A DNA stretch of 64,000 bases, taken from the NCBI GenBank assembly GCA_013285585.1, contig JABDHH010000001.1:6400-70399 (forward strand), read 5' to 3'. The position numbers and the translations under genes are program-made. Shown in pieces: positions 1-9,759 of this stretch; the first letter of the stretch is position 1; each line of letters opens with the position of its first letter. Under the pieces are notes generated by a model. That model was not told where the DNA came from. It made no database searches and saw only the letters and a program-made list of their open reading frames with translations. This DNA is from Chlamydiota bacterium. GTDB lineage: Bacteria; Chlamydiota; Chlamydiia; Chlamydiales; SM23-39.

Positions 1-67
1 TCATTTTACAAAAAACTCGTGTTTTAATCAGCTTTTTATTATAATGATCTGAAAATGGATTTTAGAT

Positions 68-886
68 ATGTCAATTGTTGTAACCGCTTCTGTCGACAAT
101 TTTTTTAAACTAGCTAAGCACCACTCTGTCAATCGGTGTAAATCTGATGTGGACCATCTATGTTATGGAACAAATCAGTTTTTGAGAGTTAAAGAACTAT
201 TTGAAAACTTTCGACAAAAGCACCCCAATTTTAATTATTGCTCTTCAAGTGCAGGATATGATCACGGTCAATTTAACATTCTCACCTGTCTACCAACGGA
301 CAACTCTGCGGGCCATTTGATATCTGCAGTCATCAACGATGGGAAAAAGTTGGTCATGTCAATCCAAAAGAATAAGGTCAAATACTTCGAAGATGATGTA
401 GAAAAAAATATGGCCGCGGGTTTCGAAGGTCTTCTTTGCATCTCGAACCCAAACACAGGGATGCGCTGCAACGGAACTGGAGTTCTTTCTTCCTATTCCC
501 TTACCGTGACAGATAATAGCTGTACCGAAACGGTTGGATCCCAGAATGAATCTTGCGATCAAAAGCTCAGTCTTTTCGAGCCTCTCCTCAAATCAACTCC
601 GGAGATTCCGAGACAAGTTGCGCCTAACCCTTCAAACGGTCCTTCCGGGTCCAATAACTTGCCATTGCAGGATGTGTTTGCTACTGTCGGATGGAAAAAC
701 GCTATTGGCGCTGTAAGTGCTCTCGGTTTCGCATACCTTGCATATAAGGAAGCGAGAGCTTGGCAAAAAGAGACTAGAGAAGTCCATCCTAAAGGTAAGG
801 AACAGCATCCGAAAGCTTCTGGTTGGCGCGCTCTTAGCTATGCCGGACTTGCAACTGGATCGGCCGCCTTCGCGCTGCTAAGCTAG
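68..886 (+). CDS. hypothetical Cys-containing protein with C-terminal hydrophobic segments
   Basis: 272-aa ORF with no recognisable catalytic motif. Two hydrophobic stretches near the C-terminus (AIGAVSALGFAYLAY, LSYAGLATGSAAFALL). Confidence 0.4.
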   Translation: MSIVVTASVDNFFKLAKHHSVNRCKSDVDHLCYGTNQFLRVKELFENFRQKHPNFNYCSSSAGYDHGQFNILTCLPTDNSAGHLISAVINDGKKLVMSIQKNKVKYFEDDVEKNMAAGFEGLLCISNPNTGMRCNGTGVLSSYSLTVTDNSCTETVGSQNESCDQKLSLFEPLLKSTPEIPRQVAPNPSNGPSGSNNLPLQDVFATVGWKNAIGAVSALGFAYLAYKEARAWQKETREVHPKGKEQHPKASGWRALSYAGLATGSAAFALLS

Positions 887-904
887 GAAATAGGATTTTG
901 TGAT

Positions 905-2380
905 TCATCGGACTGCGTTTTGAGCCATAGTTCTTGGAAAGAGCTTGAGCTGTACCTGTTCGGAGGATTTTAGAGAAATATAGCCCAGCTGCTGAAACTC
1001 CTGCTTTGGGGAAGAGTCAAAACGATATCTTCGAATCAGGATAGCAGTGATCATGGCGATTTCAGCTTTTGCCAGCCATTGTCCGGGACAGGAATGAGCG
1101 CCATCTCCAAAGGGGAACCAGGAATAGCCTTTTGAAGGATTGCTAAACCTATGGGGATGAAACTCATCAGGATTTTGAAAGAGAAAAGGATCTCGAGCTG
1201 CAAACGTGGGCATGCTCAACAATTTTTCATTTTTTTCGATTCTCTCTTGGCACAGGATGTTTCCCGATTTGTCTTTGATCGTGCAAATCAATGGCTGAGG
1301 GGAGATTCGCCCAATGACATAGGCGGGTGTAAAAAGACGTAAAGATTCGCTGATGATTCGACCGATCGCTTCCGACTGATTTGCATAAGTAAAAAGATCC
1401 TCTTTGGATGCGCTCATCTCATTGAAAATTTCTTCCTGGAATTCCGGATGTTTCCCCAATTGCCAGAGCAGGTAATTGAGGAGCGAGGAGGAGGTATCGG
1501 AACCCGCAGAATACATCGCATAGAGAGACATTTTTACTTGTAAAGGAGTCAACAGCTTCTCTTCCCGCAAAGTCTCAACAAATGATTCAGAGGAAAATGG
1601 CCCCTGAGAACGAAAAGAAGTATCAATCGCAGACCTTAGGGTCAGAAGAGATTCTTTATAGCCTTCCTTTTCTTCTTTTGAGAGAGGTTGTTTCAATGTT
1701 TTTTTCATCATATATCGGTTCACCAAATCGACCGCAGACGCAATCTCCCGATAGGCCTGAAAAGGCCCCGGGTGCCCCAAAAGGAGTCGCGACATAACAG
1801 CGACTGCCAGCACGAACGAGAACTCGGTAGCATCGATACTTATCTCTTGCTTCTCTTTACAGTAAAACTGGATCGTATCCTCAATGACAGCCTGAAGCTC
1901 TTTGCTTTGCTTTTCAATGCTCTGAGGTCCGATAAACCGGAGAATTGGCTGTCGGTATTTTCGAAGGGATTCTTTATTGCAAGTAAAGATAAAATCCTCA
2001 GGTGTGATCGTCTCCTCAGGATAAAGATCCTGAAGAACAGGCAGGAAAACCATCGCATTGTCCTGATCGTTGAACAGTCCACCTTCAGGATCTTTGCGAG
2101 GGTATTTTAAGATGGCTTTGATCACCGCAGACTTCGCAGCAATCTTCGTAGAATAATGCAAATATAAAAACGGATTCAGATATCGCATCGGACAAACATT
2201 TTTCGAAGCTGGCTTCTTCAATTCGCGATGCTTAAATAACAGAAAAGTATTGTAGATCCGCTGAGGAAGAGACCGAAACGTGTGAATCGCCTTCGCAAGG
2301 CGCGCTAAAAGCCCCAGCGAGGGAGCTTTGGTCAATTCAACTGTATATTCTTCGTTAGATGGATGGAATTGTTCGGACAT
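905..2380 (-). CDS. cytochrome P450 monooxygenase
   Basis: 491 aa. I-helix AGSDTSSS, K-helix ExxR (ESLRL), heme-thiolate loop FPFGDGAHSCPGQWLA (FxxGxxxCxG). Confidence 0.9.
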   Translation of the reverse strand: MSEQFHPSNEEYTVELTKAPSLGLLARLAKAIHTFRSLPQRIYNTFLLFKHRELKKPASKNVCPMRYLNPFLYLHYSTKIAAKSAVIKAILKYPRKDPEGGLFNDQDNAMVFLPVLQDLYPEETITPEDFIFTCNKESLRKYRQPILRFIGPQSIEKQSKELQAVIEDTIQFYCKEKQEISIDATEFSFVLAVAVMSRLLLGHPGPFQAYREIASAVDLVNRYMMKKTLKQPLSKEEKEGYKESLLTLRSAIDTSFRSQGPFSSESFVETLREEKLLTPLQVKMSLYAMYSAGSDTSSSLLNYLLWQLGKHPEFQEEIFNEMSASKEDLFTYANQSEAIGRIISESLRLFTPAYVIGRISPQPLICTIKDKSGNILCQERIEKNEKLLSMPTFAARDPFLFQNPDEFHPHRFSNPSKGYSWFPFGDGAHSCPGQWLAKAEIAMITAILIRRYRFDSSPKQEFQQLGYISLKSSEQVQLKLFPRTMAQNAVR

Positions 2381-2383
2381 AAT

Positions 2384-3388
2384 TTAATCAATTAGGGGTA
2401 CATAATATTTAGCGTAAACCTGAGTTCTTTCCGTAAACACATCGGCTTCGATCACATTGACGTATTCACAGAAAGCGCCGGTAAATCGAAGCTTTTCGTT
2501 GCGATGCCAGTGAAAAAAGCAGTGAGTAAATGTATTTTCGAGGGTAAAAAAAGGACCGCAATGACTAAAGACAGCGTATTTGCCTCCTAGGAGATGTTTC
2601 TGTCCCCAATGCCCGCTATGCGGGATAGAAGAAGAATCCGCTATGCAGAGATCGAATCGGCATTCTTTTCTTGGAAGGATAAAAGGATCGTCCAGTGCCA
2701 TGCCATAGCATCGCTGTCTCCCTTTGAATAGCCGTCGACATTCTTCGATGCCCTCGATCACGGTCACTCTGAAATCTCCCGTTTTTCGGAGAAAGAGGAC
2801 TGTTTCTTCTTTTCGAACCAAATATTCAGGCTGAAGGCTCTTTTCCAAAACCTCCATTTGGAGCAGATGTTCTTGCTTTTCTTTGCGATAGATCCTAGGA
2901 GATTTTTTTCCCAATTGCAAAAATGCCCTGGTAAAAGAGGAAGGGTTTTCGTATCCCATTTCAAAAGCAATTTCAGTAATCGGAATCTGAGAATAATGGA
3001 GCCGTTTGGCTGATTGCATGAGTCGAATTCGCTTGATATATTCCCTGGGAGCCATAGACATATAGGCTTTAAATAACCGATGAAAATAGTAAGGTGAAAT
3101 TCGAGCGATCTTGGCTAATTTAGAGAGCGGCATCGGCTCTTCTATGTGTTCATCGATATAGACAAGCACTCCCAAAATGGACTTCGCATGATGAGCGGGG
3201 ATGAGTGTTTTTCTCGAATTTCCGCTTGTTTGAACGGACAGCTCGGCAAGAGTCCCGTTCCTTAGGACCGGGTCAAGCGAGCAATAGGATAACTTGCGGC
3301 AAGGAACTTGACGCCCATTGCCGGAGCGGAGAATCTCTCCCCTTTTAGGAGGAAGTTTTTCAAAGCTGTTGTCCTGTCTCTCATTCAT
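2384..3388 (-). CDS. AraC-family transcriptional regulator with GyrI-like effector-binding C-terminal domain
   Basis: AraC HTH signature (ISPYYFHRLFKAYMSMAPREYIKRIRL ... IAFEMGYENPSSFTRAF) followed by a ~150-aa GyrI-like region. Ends 3 nt upstream of the P450 gene on the same strand. Confidence 0.8.
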   Translation of the reverse strand: MNERQDNSFEKLPPKRGEILRSGNGRQVPCRKLSYCSLDPVLRNGTLAELSVQTSGNSRKTLIPAHHAKSILGVLVYIDEHIEEPMPLSKLAKIARISPYYFHRLFKAYMSMAPREYIKRIRLMQSAKRLHYSQIPITEIAFEMGYENPSSFTRAFLQLGKKSPRIYRKEKQEHLLQMEVLEKSLQPEYLVRKEETVLFLRKTGDFRVTVIEGIEECRRLFKGRQRCYGMALDDPFILPRKECRFDLCIADSSSIPHSGHWGQKHLLGGKYAVFSHCGPFFTLENTFTHCFFHWHRNEKLRFTGAFCEYVNVIEADVFTERTQVYAKYYVPLID

Positions 3389-3487
3389 ATACGGAAAGTA
3401 TACAATAGAACAGCGTTCGACACTTAGCCGATCTTGCCAAAATTTGAGGCGCTAAGATCTGTCCTAAAAAGATGTTGTATACGCCTC

Positions 3488-3976
3488 TTAAGGCCGAGCT
3501 GGCCAGACGCTTGCGTCATCATGACAAGTAATCGCAACGAATATTTCAGATCGAATCAGCCAATGCCCATCGCGTTTGACCCATTGGGCTGAATAGCGCC
3601 CGGTAATTGCAGGAGGACCCTCTGCACTTCCATATCGAGCGGTCCAAATACCCGATTCATAGGCAAGCGGCCAGTCGGAGCTAATTTCAATGCAATCGGG
3701 TTCACGAACATAGATGAAGCTCTGATCATTTGGAGCTATATCGAAGAGCGCGCGATAGGCATCTTTCCCAGCCACAGAAGAACCTAGACCTCCACGAAGA
3801 GTCACATCGTCGGTCCAGAACGAAGCAGCAAGTTGCGCATCCCCCACTGCCATTGCGCGGTTTTGGTCGAGTCGCGCCTGGCGAACCTGTTCCACTTCAG
3901 CCATAAGCAATTCATGAGGCATAGCGATCACTCTTCCTGTTAAAATAAGCAAAATCCACAGAGCCAATTTGTTCAC
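3488..3976 (-). CDS. SnoaL-like/DUF4440 (NTF2-fold) protein with signal peptide
   Basis: 162 aa with an N-terminal signal-like segment MNKLALWILLILTGRVIA. Size and pattern fit NTF2-like small enzymes. Overlaps the upstream PhyH gene by 1 nt. Confidence 0.55.
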   Translation of the reverse strand: MNKLALWILLILTGRVIAMPHELLMAEVEQVRQARLDQNRAMAVGDAQLAASFWTDDVTLRGGLGSSVAGKDAYRALFDIAPNDQSFIYVREPDCIEISSDWPLAYESGIWTARYGSAEGPPAITGRYSAQWVKRDGHWLIRSEIFVAITCHDDASVWPARP

Positions 3977-4875
3977 TAATGACCAATACTAGTAGCAGAG
4001 TCTTGACTCCAAGGAGCGGCCGTAATAGCGCTATTCCCTTCCTCTGTTAGAGTAATGCGTGTGTTGACGTGAGCTCCGGGGTATGTCCTATGATTTGCGC
4101 CAAATGCACAAAAGCCTGTTATCAGCATTTTTCTACACAAAGCTGGATTAGCATTTGGCCCGCTTCCATGATAAAGGTAAGGATGCATAAAGAGAAGATC
4201 GCCTGGCTCGGTATGAATCCACTCAAGATCCTCTTCTAGCCCTTGCGGTTCGGGATAGTTATTTCGATCGATCCACAACCCCCCGTTTTCTGGAGTCATG
4301 CGATCGATTGGAATCAAACAGACCGCATAACTTCCATTTCCGAGGATATCTTGCCAATTTGGATCAAAGGATTTGCGAAATTGAATATCGCGGTGTCTTG
4401 GAAAGGAAATGCCATCTCCAGGAAGTTTTGGATGGATTTGAGAGATTAAATGCTCCAAATCGGTAGTTCCCAATAATTCAAAAAAAGTATGAATCATTTT
4501 CTCAGAGCGGATCGTTGTCAATAAGTTCGGCTGCATGCCTCCGCAACCATTAATGCGTGCAATGGAGAGAGATCGATCGGCGCGTCGTTTGTAAACCACT
4601 CGAGAACCATCGATATAGAGTATCTGCTCATCATCTGAAAAAGCCGGGTGCTGCAAGTTTTGAATTTCCTCTAGAGCGCGATCAATGACTTCAGTAATAT
4701 CTTGATTCAGGTTTTCCATCTCTGCTTCACTTAAGGCTTTGGGCTTTAAAAGATACCCTTGCTTGTAGAAAAGAGCAATCTCATCGGGCGTTAAAAAACC
4801 CCGGGTTTCCATGGCGCATAAAGACAGACTGAAGATAAAAAATATTGCAATTGCTTTTCCTCTGATCCGTTGCAT
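3976..4875 (-). CDS. phytanoyl-CoA dioxygenase (PhyH) family Fe(II)/2-oxoglutarate oxygenase, signal peptide
   Basis: 299 aa. HxD iron motif in FPRHRDIQF, distal His in LYHGSGPN, N-terminal hydrophobic leader IAIFFIFSLSLCA. Confidence 0.7.
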   Translation of the reverse strand: MQRIRGKAIAIFFIFSLSLCAMETRGFLTPDEIALFYKQGYLLKPKALSEAEMENLNQDITEVIDRALEEIQNLQHPAFSDDEQILYIDGSRVVYKRRADRSLSIARINGCGGMQPNLLTTIRSEKMIHTFFELLGTTDLEHLISQIHPKLPGDGISFPRHRDIQFRKSFDPNWQDILGNGSYAVCLIPIDRMTPENGGLWIDRNNYPEPQGLEEDLEWIHTEPGDLLFMHPYLYHGSGPNANPALCRKMLITGFCAFGANHRTYPGAHVNTRITLTEEGNSAITAAPWSQDSATSIGH

Positions 4876-5023
4876 CGCTAGCCCCCGTTTTTGAAAAAGA
4901 GGGATGGTACTTCCGGCATTAAAAAAAAATCAATTCATTTGCGCCTAGTGCAGGTGCTCCCAAAACATAGACAAAAAAATCTTAAATAGACTAATATGTC
5001 TGTTTTCTGAACAAGAGATATGC

Positions 5024-5626
5024 ATGCCTTCCGAGCTAGATCCTTATAAACCCATTGCTGAAGCCATTACCCTTCTTCTTTTTCCTCATGCTGAGGTAGT
5101 GATTCACGATTTCAAGACAAAGGGTGTTGGAGCTATCTTCAATAATCTCTCCAAACGAAAAATTGGAGACCCCTCCCTTCTCGATGAAATGGAAAAGCTA
5201 TCCGATTCCCAGGCTGTGTTCCCTCCCTATTTCAAAATCAACTGGGATGGAAGAAAAATGAAGTCTGTTTCAGCGGTGTTGAAAAATCGCAATGGGGAAC
5301 CGATTGGATTGCTATGCATCAATCTGGACATCTCAAAGTGGGTGCAGATGCACGATCTGATTCTCGGCTTGATTGAATCCAAAATTCAGCAGCCTGCATT
5401 CCTCTTTAAAAACGACTGGAAAGAGAAAATCAATGTCTACGTATCTACGTACCTCAAAAAAAATGGATTATGCCTACAGTCCCTGGATCGATCTGAAAAG
5501 CAAAAGCTATTGTTTGATCTGCAGAGAGAAGGTGCATTTGAGACAAAACATGCGGCGTCCTATGTCGCGCATGTCCTGCAAATTTCTCGCGCTACTGTGT
5601 ATAACTACCTGAAGGAAAAATCATGA
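5024..5626 (+). CDS. YheO-like (DauR-type) transcriptional regulator
   Basis: 200 aa. N-terminal YheO-like PAS signature (LLFPHAEVVIHDF) and C-terminal HTH (VAHVLQISRATVYNYLK). Overlaps the downstream aminotransferase by 4 nt. Confidence 0.7.
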   Translation: MPSELDPYKPIAEAITLLLFPHAEVVIHDFKTKGVGAIFNNLSKRKIGDPSLLDEMEKLSDSQAVFPPYFKINWDGRKMKSVSAVLKNRNGEPIGLLCINLDISKWVQMHDLILGLIESKIQQPAFLFKNDWKEKINVYVSTYLKKNGLCLQSLDRSEKQKLLFDLQREGAFETKHAASYVAHVLQISRATVYNYLKEKS

Positions 5627-6759
5627 AGATCCCCCCTTTCAAACTCGAAGAATTCTGGAAAAAGCATGAATTCACAGCACCCTATTTACTTTGCTGTTCA
5701 GATGCTGAAACTTGGACTTTGCAGCAATTGCTTGCCTTGGCTGATTTTGACTCTTTGAAGCTTTGGGACTCTCTTTCTTTGGGCTATACCGAATCTCCTG
5801 GACATCCGTTGCTTCGCGAAGAGATCTCCCGTTTGTACACCTCCTTAGATTCAGAACAGATTCTCACTTTTGCTGGGGCAGAAGAAGGGATTTACTGTGC
5901 GATGAGAGTTCTGATCGAACCAGGCGATCATGTGATCGCAATCGATCCCTGTTATCAGTCGCTTGTGACTTTAGCAGAGACGTTTGGTGCTAAAATAACC
6001 GCGATTCAGTTAAAAGCCGAGAACCAATGGAAATTGGATCTGGAAGAAGTTCGAAGAGCTTTTCAAACAAAGACAAAGATTCTCATCCTCAACTATCCTC
6101 ATAATCCGACAGGGACTGTGTTAGAGGGAAAAGTCCTTGAAGAACTCGTCGAATTGGCCAGGAAGAACAGAGCTTATATTTTCTGTGATGAAGTGTATCG
6201 CTATTTAGAAGTGGACGAAAGTTTGCGCATGCCTTCTATTGCAGATGCGTACGAAAAGGGAATTTCTCTCAATGTGATGACAAAATCTTTTGGCCTTGCA
6301 GGCCTGCGGATTGGATGGCTGGCTACTCGAGATGCTGATTTCCTACGGGAAGTGGGATCCTATAAATTGTATACCTCTATCTGCAATAGCGCTCCCAGCG
6401 AAATTTTAGCCATCATAGCACTGCGGGCTAAGGAGAAACTTCTCATGCGCAATCGAGACATCCTCTTGCAGAATCTGCGAATCCTTGATGCATTCATGAA
6501 ACGACATCCAAACTATTTATCTTGGGTTCGCCCTCAAAGTGGGACGATGGCTGTTCTAAAGCTGCTGTTGACTATATCCGTAGAAGCTTTTGCTGAAGAC
6601 TTAGTTCGTACGGAAGGAGTATTAATCATGCCCGGCTCCGTATTCGATCTCTCCGGCAACTTTTTTCGCATCGGATTCGGGAAGAAAAACATGCCTGAAA
6701 TTTTGAAACGGTTTGAATCATATCTTCAGTCAAGAACATCGCCAGATTTCGCAATTTGA
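5623..6759 (+). CDS. class I/II PLP-dependent aminotransferase
   Basis: 378 aa with motifs NYPHNPTG and KSFGLAGLRIGW (PLP lysine region). Confidence 0.85.
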   Translation: MKIPPFKLEEFWKKHEFTAPYLLCCSDAETWTLQQLLALADFDSLKLWDSLSLGYTESPGHPLLREEISRLYTSLDSEQILTFAGAEEGIYCAMRVLIEPGDHVIAIDPCYQSLVTLAETFGAKITAIQLKAENQWKLDLEEVRRAFQTKTKILILNYPHNPTGTVLEGKVLEELVELARKNRAYIFCDEVYRYLEVDESLRMPSIADAYEKGISLNVMTKSFGLAGLRIGWLATRDADFLREVGSYKLYTSICNSAPSEILAIIALRAKEKLLMRNRDILLQNLRILDAFMKRHPNYLSWVRPQSGTMAVLKLLLTISVEAFAEDLVRTEGVLIMPGSVFDLSGNFFRIGFGKKNMPEILKRFESYLQSRTSPDFAI

Positions 6760-6795
6760 ATCGAAAATCGGCTCAAAAAGAGCCTAAAACGATTT
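6756..6795. repeat. dispersed ~40-bp repeat core (TTGAATCGAAAATCGGCTCAAAA...), copy 1 of 3
   Basis: Near-identical cores at 41761-41805 (inverted) and 51395-51438. This copy begins at the aminotransferase stop codon. Confidence 0.7.
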
Positions 6796-6801
6796 TTATT
6801 T

Positions 6802-8202
6802 TTAATCCCACCCCTCTCCCGGATAGTCTGGCAACTGGTGGGCAGATTTTCTCGTATGTAGGAAAAAGGTTACAGCAAAACTAATGATCACGAAAAAACC
6901 GAGCGCAAGATGAAGCATGGAAAAACTAGCGATATGGGCGCTGCGCTCCCCTACGAGAGGCAGTTTATCCATATAGACGCTTCTAGTCAGCAGGTACATG
7001 CAGGCAAGCCCCGTAGCGCCAGCCACCATGCGCAGCGTAATGATTGTGCCCATGGCAACCCCTGTCTTGCTTGTTGGGACGAAACTGAAGGCGCTTGCAA
7101 ACGAAGGCGTCAGTATCATTGGAATGCCCATCCCAAACATGAATAAGGCAATCGATAGGCTAAGAAGGGACGGCGTGGGGAAAAAGCCAAGAAAAAAACA
7201 GGTATACATCAAGAAAAGATATCCGAGAGCCACGGGAAGTTTAGGCCCAAACCGGTCAGAGAGAACACCTGCAAGAGGCGATGCAAAAAGAAGAGGGAAA
7301 CCTGAGATAAAAGAAAGAAGTCCTGCCTGCAAGGGAGTGTATTGCAAGGTGTTTTGAAAGTAGAGAAGCCAGAAAACTCCAACCATAAGAAAAGCCTGTG
7401 CGGTGCTTACACTAAGATTGATTGCCGCAAACAGAGGTCTTTTAAAAAGAGGGAGATCGAGAAAGGGATGAGCAGCCTTTCTTTCTCGCAATACAAGTAA
7501 GAAGAGGAAAAGAGAGGCAAATCCCAGGCAGCTTAAGGAAATTGGCGTCCCCCAACCCCACTCCGTTACCTGCATAAAGAAGAGCGTATAGAGACCAACG
7601 CCTGCGGCAAAAAAGAGAAATCCCCAAAGATCGATAGGGCTTTTTACAGGATTCGATTTGGGCCACAAGGCAAGTACCATCCAAAGTCCCGCAGCTCCAA
7701 TAGGCGCATTGATCCAAAAAATCCAACGCCAAGAGAGAGTCTCTGTCAGAAACCCTCCAATGACGGGAGCAATCATCAGAAAAATGGATCCAATGCTCAC
7801 AGAGAGCCCTATCCCCTTACCTAAGGAATTTTTAGGAAACACATAGCGCATCATCGCATTTTGAGGGGGCATCATGAGAGCCGCTGACAGTCCTTGGAAG
7901 CCTCTCATCCAAATCAGCCAATTTGCGCTCTGGCTCATCCCGCAGCAAATGGAAAATATGACAAATCCGACAATCCCAATGGAAAAAGTTTCTCGATGCC
8001 CCAAACTATCTCCTAATTTGCCGCTCACAAGAAGAAACATGGCAATCGCCAGCACATAAGCATTCACGCACCACTGCGCTTGAGTGGCCGTTGCCCCAAG
8101 TTCATTTTGGATCGCAGGAAGTGCAACAGGCAGAATCGTCTGATCCATAAACATCAGCGCAATAGCTGGCACAAATGTACAAACAGCTACCCAAAACTTC
8201 AT
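6802..8202 (-). CDS. MFS transporter, DHA2 (EmrB/QacA-like, ~14 TMS)
   Basis: Highly hydrophobic multi-TM protein with the MFS loop motif GKLGDSLGHR. ATG at 8202 (MKFWVAV...) preferred over the TTG-extended ORF start at 8259. Confidence 0.8.
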   Translation of the reverse strand: MKFWVAVCTFVPAIALMFMDQTILPVALPAIQNELGATATQAQWCVNAYVLAIAMFLLVSGKLGDSLGHRETFSIGIVGFVIFSICCGMSQSANWLIWMRGFQGLSAALMMPPQNAMMRYVFPKNSLGKGIGLSVSIGSIFLMIAPVIGGFLTETLSWRWIFWINAPIGAAGLWMVLALWPKSNPVKSPIDLWGFLFFAAGVGLYTLFFMQVTEWGWGTPISLSCLGFASLFLFLLVLRERKAAHPFLDLPLFKRPLFAAINLSVSTAQAFLMVGVFWLLYFQNTLQYTPLQAGLLSFISGFPLLFASPLAGVLSDRFGPKLPVALGYLFLMYTCFFLGFFPTPSLLSLSIALFMFGMGIPMILTPSFASAFSFVPTSKTGVAMGTIITLRMVAGATGLACMYLLTRSVYMDKLPLVGERSAHIASFSMLHLALGFFVIISFAVTFFLHTRKSAHQLPDYPGEGWD

Positions 8203-8325
8203 AAAATTACCCTGTCTCAGGGTATCATGAACCTTTGTTTTTTCACGATCGAATCTCAATCATTTGAAATAGCCATTTTGCTTCCGTTCTTGAAGTCATA
8301 AAGCAAATGTCTTATCGAGAGAATT

Positions 8326-9759
8326 ATGAGGAAAACTCTCATTATTCTCTTGAGCGTTCTCTCTGCGTGCCTTCGGATGTCCGAAGAAGAGCAGCGGAAA
8401 AACCTCATTGCAGAGCCGAACCTAGAGCCGACGGTAACTCAAAGTTTGGAAATGCCTTTTTTTTCTCAAGGCGATTGGCCTAAGGCGGCTTGGTGGGAGG
8501 AGTTTGGCTCCGAGGAGTTGGATCAACTAATCGTCTTAAGCCTGGCTCAAAACCCATCGATCCAAAATGTACGCTTCAAGATCGAGCAGGCAAAAGAGAG
8601 GGCAAATAGCGCAAGATCGAAACTCTATCCTTTGGTCTATTTCGACGCCGACGGAAACTGGGATTTTGTCAGTAACCAAGGTATCGAGCGAGCCTATAAT
8701 CCCGCCTTTCCTAAATTTGCCAAAATCATTGACCTGACCCTCTCGTTTAGCTATGAATTTGATTTTTGGGACAAATACCGCAATCTCTTCAGGGCGGCCC
8801 TGAGCGTTGAGCAATCCCAAAGGGCAGAGCTTGCCCAAACCGAGCTGATTACCGCGGCTTCTTTGGCCAGGACCTATTTTGCCCTCAAAACGAATCTCGC
8901 TAAGGAAAAAATCTACAGGGAACTTTATGCGGTGAGGAAAAAAATCGCGCTTCTCAGGCAGCTCCTCCTCGATGAGGCGATCGATGACCTAAGGATCCTT
9001 CTTCTTTCAAATGAAAGAGTCGAAGAAGCGAGCCAGTGGCTGAATTCCATTGCTGAGGAAGTTGCGGTCGACCGGCATCTCATCAATATCTTAGCAGGAA
9101 AAGGTCCAGACGATCCCATTTCGGTGGAAGCAGGGCTTCCCGACCTTGCGCCGACACTTACCATACCGGAAAACCTCTCCATCGATCTTCTGGTCCGAAG
9201 ACCCGATCTCATGGCTCAAATCTGGAGAGTGGAGACGCTCGCCCACGAGGTGGGAGCTGCGAGGGCAAATTTTTTCCCGAGCATCAATCTTGCAAATATC
9301 GTGGGCTTGAGCAGCACGATTTATCATCTCCTCTTCAGCTCGTCGAGCTTCGAGAACCTTCTGACTCCCTCTCTTTCCCTGCCGGTTTATACAGCAGGAG
9401 ACATTCAGGCAAATCTCGATGCGAAACGGGCGGAATTCCAATCCGCTGTTTTTCTATACAACGAGATGATCTTAAAAAGCGCGGAAGAGGTGGTGGACAC
9501 TCTCGTCTTTGCCCGGACGGCTTTTGCCAATAAGCTAGACCAAGAATGGATTGTTAAGCAGGCGTCCAAGCGCCTAAACCTGACCGAGCTTCGCTTGGCC
9601 CATGGACTCGACAACGCCTTGCAAACATTAGAGCAAAAAGATGAGCTTTTGCAAAAAGAACTCGCGGACCTCGACCTCGCTTACGGTCGATATGCTGCGG
9701 TCATCGCTCTGGTTAAGGCTGTAGGGGGAGGATACATAGGAAAGATGGATGAAAAGTAG
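8326..9759 (+). CDS. outer-membrane efflux lipoprotein (NodT/TolC-like OMF)
   Basis: 477 aa with lipobox LLSVLSAC. Two-repeat coiled OMF architecture. First gene of an OMF-MFP-MFS operon with overlapping stops and starts. Confidence 0.85.
   Translation: MRKTLIILLSVLSACLRMSEEEQRKNLIAEPNLEPTVTQSLEMPFFSQGDWPKAAWWEEFGSEELDQLIVLSLAQNPSIQNVRFKIEQAKERANSARSKLYPLVYFDADGNWDFVSNQGIERAYNPAFPKFAKIIDLTLSFSYEFDFWDKYRNLFRAALSVEQSQRAELAQTELITAASLARTYFALKTNLAKEKIYRELYAVRKKIALLRQLLLDEAIDDLRILLLSNERVEEASQWLNSIAEEVAVDRHLINILAGKGPDDPISVEAGLPDLAPTLTIPENLSIDLLVRRPDLMAQIWRVETLAHEVGAARANFFPSINLANIVGLSSTIYHLLFSSSSFENLLTPSLSLPVYTAGDIQANLDAKRAEFQSAVFLYNEMILKSAEEVVDTLVFARTAFANKLDQEWIVKQASKRLNLTELRLAHGLDNALQTLEQKDELLQKELADLDLAYGRYAAVIALVKAVGGGYIGKMDEK

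Noticed and set aside
4955-5015. AGAC-N6-GTCT palindrome and repeated ATAGAC in the PhyH/YheO divergent region as an operator
   Set aside because: The motif is short and occurs once. A chance occurrence cannot be excluded without comparative data.
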